Program-made: the position numbers and the translations under genes | Notes under the pieces: generated by a model | The model's database searches: none | What the model was told of the DNA's origin: nothing | Seen by the model: the letters and a program-made list of their open reading frames with translations, nothing else | Shown: in pieces, positions 39,126 to 50,400 of the stretch | Layout of the letters: every line of letters begins with the position of its first letter | Numbering within the stretch: position 1 is the stretch's first letter | Assembly (NCBI GenBank): GCA_016748015.1 | Contig: JAAOMT010000710.1 | Location: 372,001-436,000 of the forward strand | Reading direction: 5' to 3' | Source: Geosiphon pyriformis uo1 | Lineage: Eukaryota; Fungi; Glomeromycota | DNA length: 64,000 nucleotides

Positions 39126-42100
39126 GTGACAAAATCAGAAAACATAGGAGCAAACCATCTAGGATTTATGAAATCTTTATTTCAACACTACTGTCAACAT
39201 TTGGGATTAAATCACAACCACATATCAGTGGAATCAGCTTTCAATTTCTACATCAATGAAAAAATTGCCTATCTGTTAGGAACACCAGTAAATATTGAAT
39301 TGGCAAGAGAAGCTTTTTACAGTGAATTAATTCAAAATACCAACCTGCCAACAAATCACAATTTCACTTCCATCATTATGGAAATCAATAAAGAAATTGA
39401 ACACCACATACAGCAAAGATACCTCATTGTTTATGCGAACAAAGACAAAGAAAAACTGCAAACACCAGCAGTAATACCTAAAAGAATACAACCACCTACT
39501 TGGAGTTGAGTCCTCAACTAATCCATCATACCACTATACATTCGGAAGTGTCATTAATATTACATCTACTGGCACGGCCACATCAAACACAACATCAGCA
39601 TTTAGACGATTTCCATTCCAAAGTAAACAAAGAAAAACAGAGTTATTAGGACCATATAGCACATATTTTGAAGAATTTAACTCATGATCATCAATGCCAT
39701 CAAGACTCCAATTGTTACTGCCTCCTCCAGATTTCAGAATTTCTGATCCATGGGAAGTAATGAAATCAGAAGAAGAGGAAGAAGAAGAAGCTAAAAATCA
39801 AGAATTCACTTACCAGAATCTGATTGCTAAAAACCCAGAATTTGAAATCCCGAATCTTTAAACCCAGCAAAATCTAAACCCAGAAAATCCAGAAATCAAA
39901 ACTCTGAATATTCAGACACTGCCAACTTAGGATAATTGAAACTCTGATTTAATAAATCAACAAAACTTACCTCTAGTAATCATCATCAATCAACCACCAA
40001 TTAATCCAATAGCCAAACTTATACAACTGCCACTTCAACTACCACTCTAACAACCCATGCAACAACAACCACTTCAACTACCACCACAACAACCCAACTT
40101 AGATCCAATAGCCTACATACCAATCGCAAAACTTGACAATTTTACCAGCAAAGAGAATGATACCCAAATATGGCTCAATGACATTGAAAAAGCCATAGTG
40201 GCCAACAGATAGAATGACAGTAGAGCTCTTCAAGTGATCCCCTATTTTTTCAAAGATATTGCTGACTTGTGGTATCAGAGCCTAGCCACCAAACTACAAA
40301 CCTTCAATGAGTTCAAAACAGAATTCTTGAAATACTTTAGTAATAACAATAGTATCAATCACTTAATCAACACATTTACCACCATCAAACAAGGGGACAC
40401 AGAAGCAGTCACCACTTACTTGGGACACTTCCATAGAAATCTGTGCCAAATTCAGGCAATTCAAGCTGATTACTTTACAGCACCACAGATCTTGAACCAA
40501 TTCATTAGAGGATTGTGCAGTAGCATCTTTCAGCAAGTACGTTCAATGCATCTAGTTGACCTCCCAACCACCATCACTCACGCCAGAGATTTTAAAGCAG
40601 CCGAGCTAAAAGCCAACCATACCCAAGCTGTAAATTTAGTGATGAATAGATCATCTGACTTGGATTCTAAACTAAAACAATTCAGTAATACAATCAATCA
40701 GAAACTAGAAGGATACTTAGCTAACAATCATGTAATCTATTAACCATCACAACAATGCAATAATTCAAAAAACACAAATTGTTTCCAAAATCAGCCACAT
40801 TTATCAACATCATTGTCATCATCATTACCCAATCAGCCGTGACAGCCAGAAACACATGTTTGCCACAATTGTGGTAAACAAGATCACATTAAAGCCGACT
40901 GTTGATTTTATAGCAACAATTCATGATCAGGAAATCAATATCAAAACCCCAATCGCAGATTTCAGACTCAGAATCACTACCCAAATCAAGACCAATATCA
41001 AACCACTTACCTGCCAATAATGCAGCAACCAATCTATCAACTGTCAATATATCAACTTCCAATTTATCAACTGTAGCCACCAGTAATTTATTAGCCACAG
41101 CCCCAAATAATTTATCAGCTCCAACAACCAATTCAAACACCACTCCAAAACTCCACTCAAATGACATCAGAAAACCCAAGACCTAGAATCACTCAAAACT
41201 GGAAATCAGCAATAGTTGTTCATCAACCAATCTCCAGCTTTTCTCACCAACTATTAGGCTCTTGACAGTGGAATCCGGATACTGGTTCCACCCAAAACCT
41301 AAATTCCCAGAACTATTTAAGTCTTCTGGTTACCCCAGAAGATGCCACCACCAACAACTCAGAATCCAACCCACCCCAAACAACACTCACCAATAATATT
41401 CCACCAGCAATGGTCACTGAAAACGAATCTCTCGCAGCCATCTTTTTTTTCAAATTAGAGAAAACCATCAACTCATCTTTGTTCAGTGGAGCAGCACTTG
41501 AGAAGAAACCTATTACCATGATATACACTGATGCAAAAGTTGATGGTCACTTCATTAAACTGATCCTAGATAGTGGATTAGCTAGCAGCATCATCACAAA
41601 ACAACTCATGGATCAATTAGGTCACTGACATGATCACACTGTCAGCGCCAGAATTATTACAGCCAATGGAGTGACCAAAACACCCATTGGAGAGATTGAT
41701 GATTTCCCCATAGAAGTTAATGGCATCATAGTACCAATCAAAGTACTTATTATGGAAGCCACTTAATACCAAGCACTTGTTGGGAACAACTGGCTGTTCA
41801 AAACCAACATGACTCTAGATTGGAACACCCAAGAGCTCCAGCTTAGCTAGAATGGTCGACACATATGGGTACTAGCCACATGTGGCCACTTCAAGCCCAT
41901 TACCACACCATCATCACCACTTATCAAATTTGAGGAAGGAAAAGCAAAACCCATCTGGGAAGCATACCAAGTCTTGTGGGCCAATGTTGACCACAACAAA
42001 CTGCTGCCAATACTCGCCTGGGACAACAACAACAACAGAAAGGAGAAACAAAGAGAAGAACTTACCTGGGAAGCCACCATCAACACTTGAATCAACAACA

Positions 42101-44260
42101 ACCAAAGCAAGATGCCACCAATTCTAGATTGGGAAAAAAAGAACAAGAAAAAAAAGAAAGGAAGGGAAGAAAACATACCTGAAGAAACCACTACTGCAGA
42201 AAAAATAACTAGTGGTTGGGAAAAGAAATACTCATGTGAACCAATAAAAGAGCTGCCATATATACCTCTCAAATGCAAGGACTGTGGAAAGAAACTGTCT
42301 TCAATAAGAGCTTGGGTAGTACCAGACGAAGACTACTGGACGCGAACCCATTACTTTTGTAAGCCCTGCCATAGAGAACAATATGACTACCCAAAAAGAC
42401 AAGACAAGTAAAACAACAAACCATGTTTCACTTGTGGCAAACAATTACTCGATAAAAGAATGTGGAATGACATTTCTGGTCAAGAAGGAACATGCGACAC
42501 TTCGTGCCAATACATGATCCTTATCAATGACTGAGTGAGTTGTGGTATGCCCATCACAGCAGCATGGCACCAAGCTATATTCTGCCTAGACAGCTATCCA
42601 CATGACAAGGACGAGATCTAACAAATGGCCAATGCCAAAGTAGAAGGCGCTTTGCCCAGTGAAATGGAGATCAAGAATAACCCTCCAGAACCAACAGACA
42701 TTGTTTTGGTTCTCAACCTGGATGCCTTTATTGACTTAGAAAACAGCCCAAAAGAATTCCATAAATACTATCAGAATCTAACACCCACAAGAGAAGAGCA
42801 AAAGCAATGCTTGGAAGAAATCAACACCCAATTATGTGACCACTGTTTGATTCCATGTGACTTCCAATTCTGTGATGATTGTAATCTTATCTACAATCCA
42901 CCACCACACATGATCTACACAATTCCTGAAAAAAAAAACCAATCAACAGCTGCACATTAGAATTGGAATTGAGTTCCAACTCTGATTCAAACTCCAACAA
43001 TAATGATAACAAAAATAATAGTTCCAGCTCAGTTTAAAATGGCTATGACAATAATTCCAACTCAAATTCAAACTCTGATTCAAATTATGAACAATATATT
43101 GCACTTTCTAACCTCACCAAGTAGCAAGAACTGAAATGGTTCAGTGATAATGATAAAAGTATCATGCCAGAACATGTGCATAATACTAATACAGGTTTTG
43201 ATTTGAGATATCCAGAAAAGGATGCCATTAAATTGGAACCCCATTTGTGCACTTGCATCAATCTGAAAATAGCACTGGAAATTCTAGCAACAACAATGAT
43301 TCAATTAGTATTTAGGAATAGTTTAGTGAAAAAGGAAATAAATATCAGAAAAGGAATAATTGATGCAGGATATGTAGGAAATATTATTGCTATGCTACAA
43401 AATAACTCAGAAAAGGCCTATGTTATAGAGCCAAATGAAAGGATAGCACAGGCAATATTCCTGCCTCTGATGAAAATAGCTCAGTTAGTTTCAATGGAAA
43501 ATAGGAAAGAATTAGAGATAACAGCAAGAGGGATACAGAGATTTGGATTAACAGGTAGAATAGATGTATCAGTCAATATGATAAAGGAGGAAATTATTGA
43601 TCAAGGAGAAATTATCTCAACTGGTCAAACAATTTTTATTCCACTATATAGCTGATACATGTTAGCAATAGAAAGGAGAAAGAAAGAACAAAAACAGATT
43701 TTTGAAGCAGAAGCAACTCTTTGTGAATCAGGAGAAATTGGACTTATCAATCTACACATACCAGCCAAGAGCCATAACCATATCAAAATTCCCATCTACA
43801 ACAATACTGGAAATGTTGTAAAGATATCAGAAGGAACCACTCTCAGATATTTAACCATGGAAATTGAAGATCAAGCACCAAACAGCATTCCAGATTTTCT
43901 ACAGCTTTGTGGATATGTGAATATTATATTATAAACTATCTATGAATGAAACGAATGTTATTTGTTACAGCCAGAACAATTGGAACAGATAAACATGGAA
44001 AATTTAGACCCACTTCAACAGATGCAACTAAAGATATTACTCAATAATTTCAATGACATCTTCGCCAGTGAAAACAAATTTGGTAGAACTGATATTATCT
44101 AGCATTAGATCAAGACTGGAGATGTAATATCAATCAAACAGTGAGCATATAGAGTACCACCAGCCAGCCATGAAATCATCCATCAAGAAATCAACCAAAT
44201 GCTTGACAATGGGTTAATTTAGCTATCAATGAGCCCATGGTCATCACCAGTAGTACTCGT
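39126..44260 (+). pseudogene. G3 ORF1, left part: Gag-PR-Cys-rich domain-dUTPase-RT start
   Basis: GTG 39126; capsid (I/M)AYIPIAKL 40108; CHNCGKQDHIKADC; LILDSG; dUTPase 43164-43560; SPWSSPVVLV. Confidence 0.9.
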
Positions 44261-45201
44261 TGTTACCGGAAGTTTTGGTCTCTTTTTTTAAATATTGTAA
44301 ATGTCTGTTGGTTGCAAATTCACGTTTTCTAGAAGTAGTTGAACCTCCAATAACTGAATTTATCTTCAAATTATCTTCTATAATTTGAACTTACTGGGCT
44401 TATAAGTGGAATGGCCAATTCCGTGCCAGTTACTTTATGTAGTTACATTGTAGTAAATGTCAACTCTTTTACAGGAATCTTGTCTGTAGGCTACCCTAAT
44501 GATTATAATAAGAAAATACAAGAAAATAAAAGAAATGTAAAAAAAATAGAATTCTGTCAAGGGAAACGTTTTCTATTCAGACCTGGAGTTACTAACAGTT
44601 TACTGAAATTGGTAGCTAATCAATTTCGAAATGTTAGTTGGGTTTTGGGGATTTTCCAAGTGCAATAATTAAAAAATTTGGTTTTTCAAATTATTTGATA
44701 TTTTTTTTTTGTGTATATAGGAACGGTTCTAAGAGATAAATCTAAAGTAAGATATATTTTCTTGAAAAAAAAAGCTCTTCTTTTATACAACTTGTTGTAA
44801 TACTAGTCTATGAACTTGCACTTTTTCTCTTTGCTCAAATTTTGGCAAACTAAAGATACATTTTGATGAACTACAAGTTATTTTGCTAAATTATTGATTA
44901 ATTTGGGTGAACTATTCATAATTTCGGCAAATTTCTGTAAATTTCGGCGAATTTCTTATAAATTTTGGCGAATTTCTGTAAATTTTGGCGAATTTTTAGA
45001 ATGTTACAAAGTTCAGAGTATTGTATAATTTGATCATCCTACTTTTTGTTATACTAATTAGATTATTTTAATTGAATCGTGATATGTGATAATTAATTAA
45101 ATAATAAATGATAATTTAAAATAATATTAATATACTAATTAATTATAGGAATTATAAGGGTAATTTTATGCTAATTAATAGCTAAAATTCTATTGATAAC
45201 A
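44261..45201 (-). repeat. G4 3' LTR
   Basis: Matches 53453-54444, with a ~68-bp deletion and one extra 19-bp repeat unit. Confidence 0.95.
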
Positions 45202-45898
45202 TAATCTCCTTTTCAAGACTGAGCTCTGTCAAAGTCCAAGCACTATCTGTAATATTGAGATAGTAATCCAAAATAATTGAAGTAATCTGGTCTGAAAATT
45301 GTTGAAATTTCAGTTTTGTAAGTTTGTCAATGTATTGGACTTTTATTGGTTGCAGTATTGCATTTTGTAGAACATTTTCACAAGTATTAAACAAATCATA
45401 GAGTCTAAAAGCTGCTCTAAGTTTGTAGCGACTGTTTGTTGGTCCAGCTGTTGTTTTGAATTCATTGTGGATTTGTTTTTGTATAGCTTCAGGAGTGAGA
45501 TTTGTTGCTTCAAGTTCCATTTTTCGTTCATAAAGTGTCTTTCCAATGTGAAAGTATTTATAAATAGGGGTGTGTTCATTGTTTTGTTCATTGAAAAGTA
45601 GTAGAAGTTTTTGTTGCATTGTAGCATTTGGTGGAATGTCAATAGGGACAATTGAAAGATTTTCTTTTAGTGCTTGCTTTAAAAGTCTTGGTAACCTATT
45701 TTCAGAGTGACTTCTTGTTTTTCTTCTATAGAGGTAATAGTTCTGTAAATGATTTGCTACTGGGGCTGTGGTTTCTTTCTGAATGTAATTAATTTGACTT
45801 CTATTAATTGTTATGGATAAGTCAAGAAGTGTTTTCAAGGCTAACATTAACTTTTGGGATATTTGTTGAATATTTTGGGGAATAATCATAATAAACAT
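45182..45898 (-). CDS. G4 ORF3, intact 238-aa protein of unknown function (homologous start probably 45889)
   Basis: Open frame; homologues at the same position in G1, G2 and G3. Confidence 0.85.
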   Translation of the reverse strand: MFIMIIPQNIQQISQKLMLALKTLLDLSITINRSQINYIQKETTAPVANHLQNYYLYRRKTRSHSENRLPRLLKQALKENLSIVPIDIPPNATMQQKLLLLFNEQNNEHTPIYKYFHIGKTLYERKMELEATNLTPEAIQKQIHNEFKTTAGPTNSRYKLRAAFRLYDLFNTCENVLQNAILQPIKVQYIDKLTKLKFQQFSDQITSIILDYYLNITDSAWTLTELSLEKEIMLSIEF

Positions 45899-46035
45899 GA
45901 TTAATTATAAAAAGAGAAAATAAAGAAAATTATTTTTGGGATATGGGGTTTTTTATTTGTTTTTGGGTTTGGGTGTTTTTGTAATTTATTTACTATTTTT
46001 GTCTTTGTGTTTTTATTAAAGAATTATTGTAAAAT

Positions 46036-47421
46036 TTAAGTGTTCAAGTTTGGTTGTTGTTCTATTATAATTATTGGTTCTAAATTTCGGGGAATATCTT
46101 CAGGATTAATTAAAGGAGAATGTGTACCAATTTGTGGAATTAATGATTCAGGATTGTTTCTGGAATGATAGTGTTTCAATCTGTCTCCATGTGCAAATTT
46201 TGCTAGTATTTTGTCATCAAGTCTTAACTTGTATGATTCATTGTCTAGAATTTCGTGAATATAAAATGGTCTATCCCATTTGTTTTCAAATTTCCTACTC
46301 CATTGTTTTTTAGCCTTAGTTCTGTGTAAGAAAACTTTATTTCTAACTTTAAATTCATTGGTAATAGGTGGTAATTTGTTGTTATGTCTTTCTTTTTGTT
46401 GAGCTTGAGAATGTTCAATATAAGTTGCTGCTATTCTTCTTTTTTCTTCCAGTGTACTAAGAAGAGTATAGGCTCTTCTTTGGAGTGTTTCTTGAAAGTT
46501 TTCTTCATTGATTGGTTGCACTGGGTATGTTTCTACTGTGAAATTAATTGGTAATATTGCTGTTCTTCCATAAGTAAGATCAAATGGTGTGTGTTTCATA
46601 GTATCTTGTTTTAGCATTCTGTATGCTAGTAACACTAATGGAATAAAGATATCCTATTTCTGTTCAAAGTCTGTTGAAACTTTGGCTAGAGATTCACACA
46701 ATGTTCTGTTAAAATGTTCTACAAGTCTATTTGTTTAAAGGTAATAAAATGATGATAAAGGTCTTTTAGTATTGAACTATTCACAAATTTTTTGTATCAA
46801 GTTGTTTACAAAATGTGTTCCTTGATTAGATAAGAGTTCAATTGGGCATCTATGTCTACAAATAATGTCTTTATAGATGAAATTTGCTACTGATTTTGCA
46901 TCTGCTCTTTGGATGACTCTAGCTTCAAGCCATTTGGTAAGATAATCCACTACAACTACAATATAACGATTTCCTTGGGTTGTGATAGGTAATAGTCCAA
47001 CTAAATTAATTCCAATTCTGTCAAAAAGTTGTCCAACTTTGATTGGATTTAAAGGTTCTGTGGGGCGAGTTCCTCCTCTTTTTTGACTACTATCACAAGA
47101 TTCTACATATTGTCAAATATCTTTTTGCATGTGAGGCCAAAAATAATGTTCAAGAGTTTTTTGAATTGTTCCATCTCTTCCTAAGTGTGCTGAAGAAAGA
47201 TCTGTGTGCATGTTGTATAGAATTGTTTCTTTTTTATTTTCCTGTACTAATCTGAGTAGTTGGTTTTTGTTTTTACAATTTTTGTAATATATTTTGTTAT
47301 GGTGTATAAAATATTGTTTGGATTGGTATTGTAATCGATGTTTTTTACTTGGAAACCAATTTTCTGGCATGGTGAAAGTCTCCAAATAGTTTTTGATGTT
47401 GTTGTAGTTTTCTGGATCTAT
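46036..47421 (-). pseudogene. G4 integrase ORF
   Basis: 1386 nt, one frame, start ATA (decayed ATG); HHCC, DDE, GPY/F-like region. Confidence 0.92.
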
Positions 47422-47488
47422 TGTTGTTAATCTTGTTGTTTGTTCTGCTGTTAAGTTTGTTGGTGTTTTGTTGGTGTTGATATTGGTA

Positions 47489-50400
47489 TTAATATTGTCT
47501 CATTTTTGAGAGGCTATCAACATTGGTGTGTAGTTTTTCTGGTTTGTGATGTACAATATATCTGTAGTTTGCTAGGAAGTCATTCCATCGAGACTGTTTG
47601 GCACTTTGTTCAGTTTTCTTTTTATTAAGCCATTTGAGACCAATATTGTTAGTTATTATGTCAAATTTTTTTCCATTCTTTAAGTATTATTGAAAGTGTT
47701 TGAGAGCCCAGATGACTGCAACAGCTTCTAATTCAGTTGAGCCATATTTAAATTCTGTTGGCTTGAGTGTTCTGCTGGCATAGGCAATAACTTGTTCCTG
47801 GCCATTTTCATCCAATTGTGATAAGATGGCACCAAATGCTATGTGTGAAGCATCAGTGGCTAATTGGAATCATTTGTTGAAGTCTGGGTAAGCAAGAACT
47901 GGGGCTGTTGTCAATTTTGTTTTGAGAGTTTCAAAAGCTTTTTGTTGTTCTTCAGTCCATTTGTATGGTACGTTTTTGTTGGTAAGATAATTGAGTAGTT
48001 TGACAATTTCTGAGAATCTTTTTATGAATTTTTGATAGTAAGAGGCTAATCTTACAAATCCTCTTAGTTCTGTAGTATTTCTGGGGGTTTGAAAGTTTTT
48101 GACAGCACTGATTATTTCTGGATTTAGTTTGACTCTGTCTTTACTAACTATGTGTCCAAGAAAAATCAAGCTTGTTTTTCCAAAGTGACATTTCTCAATA
48201 TTTAACTTTAATTCTGCTTTCCATAATTGTTGAAAAACTTCTTGCAAGTGAATAAAATGAGTCTCAAAGCTTGGTAAGTATACATCAGTATTATCAATAT
48301 AGACAACCACTGATTGTCACAAGAGTCCTTCATATAAAACATCCATGAGTCGCTAGAATGTTGCTGGTGCATTGCAGAGTCCAAAAGGCATAACATTAAA
48401 TTCATAGTTTCCTTCTTGGGTAGTAAATGCTGTTTTGGGTCGGTCTTTTGGGTCTATTTTGACTTGCTAGTATCTACTTTCTAAGTCTAAAGTTGAGAAG
48501 AACTTGGCTTTTTCTAGAGCATCTAGCATGTTATTAATTCTTGGAAGAGGGTAGATATCTCTAATTGTAACACTATTCAGTTGTCTATAATCAACACAGA
48601 ATCTGATTTTTCTGTTTTTCTTTTTAATTAAAACTACTGGTAAGGTCTAAGGACTTCTTGATGGTTGAATCAATCTGTTATTGAGCATTCTTTGGACCTC
48701 TTTTCTAATGAATTGGTGGCTGGCAGGTGGCACTCAATAAGCTTATTAACATTTTGGTGAAGCATCTCCTGTATGGATCTGATGTTGAACAATGTTCATT
48801 TTTTCCAAGTCATTGTTGTCTTTTGCAAATATATCTGCAAATTCAGTTATCAATTGTTTCAATTGTCTTTGTTGTTAAGGTTCTAAGGGACCCATGTTGA
48901 TTCAAGAGAGTTTTTCTTCTAAAAAGTGGTAGTTTTCAGTAATGGGAATGATATTTGGATTTGGGAGTAGAGTGTGTCTTACAATTTCGATGAAATTAGA
49001 GACAATTTGAGGGTTTTCATTTTGAAAAATATTGCTGTATATGATTCCAATTTTTAATTTGTTTAATAAGACAATAGGGTAATTATTGGGGTTGTAGAAT
49101 GTAACTCAAAATTTTTTCATTTCTTTGGGAATATAAACGTTTGGAATTGAGATTTCATGCTTCAAACAAATTTGTTCATTGGATTCAAAGATTTGTTGTG
49201 TAGTGGTGGGTTTTGAGCAAGTGTAAATTTCGTGATGTTCTCCAAAAAGTGAAATGGTAATTGGCTGGAGAAGTTGAAGAATCTGGTGAGATTCATTTTG
49301 TGTATTAAGAGCTATGTTTACTGGAACTGTAAATCGTTCAGTTGAACCAAAACCTTGAGTTCTTCTTTTACTTTTTCCCAATTGTTCTTTGTTGTTTACT
49401 GCTTATAATCCTGAAATGTTGATTAAGGGTAAGTAAATTGCTTGAGCAATTTTTTCAGCATGTTCAATTTTGAATGGTTTGTCTGTTTCATTCTGTAACA
49501 TGATGGTAATGTCTTCAGTGTATTCTGCATCTATAACTCCTCCTCTAATATTGATTCCTTTGCTTGACAATGATGATTTGAAGGCAATTTGAACTATTGC
49601 TCTTAGTGGAATTTCAAGAGCAATTTTGAGATTGATTTTTGTTAAGGACTTTGGTTAGAGAACCAAAGTATCTTTTCCTGGGTATCTTAGGTCATATTCA
49701 GCATCAATTTCGTGTGCTTTTTCTGGTCTGATTTCTTGGCCATGGTTGTCAAAATATTTAAGTTGTAGAGATGGTTGCTTTTCAAGAAGATAGATGGGGG
49801 TGGTTGGTAGTTTTTCTACTAGTTTAGATATTTCAAATTCGATTTCATTTTCATCATTCTCATCTGGCAGAGGAATGCTAAGAGCATAACATTCTAAACA
49901 CTATTGGTTATCACAAGACATAACACATTCTTCACACAATTGAATATTTATTTACTCTAATCATTGAATTTGGGCTTTTTTGGTCAGATATGTGTGGCTT
50001 GCAATTTGGTGGTAGGTTTCTACTTCATCTTTATAATCAAATCCAGCTAATTCTATGATATACTTAATATATTCAGCTTCTTTCATTTGGCAGACATCTT
50101 CTTAGATGGCTCCATTGATCAATGCCATTGCTAAGTCAAAAATTATTTTAGCATCATAAGGGTAGTGGTAAAGTTTATTGAGAGCACTGTTGTATGCTGC
50201 ATCAAATGGTGTTCTTCTTCTGACTTTTTCTGAAATTGATAGAGCATATTGACAGGTTTGATCACATACTCCTCCTCTCATTGCTACATCAATCCAATTG
50301 CATTCTTCTGGTAGCATTTCTCCATATGTAAGACAAGATGTGTTGTCCCATTTTCCACTTCTTTTTGAAGATCCAAATCGTTCTCTATGACATGTTTTGC

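Noticed and set aside
44411-44668. Antisense LTR ORFs (also 53650-53928)
   Set aside because: Short, start differently in the two LTRs, no motif support.
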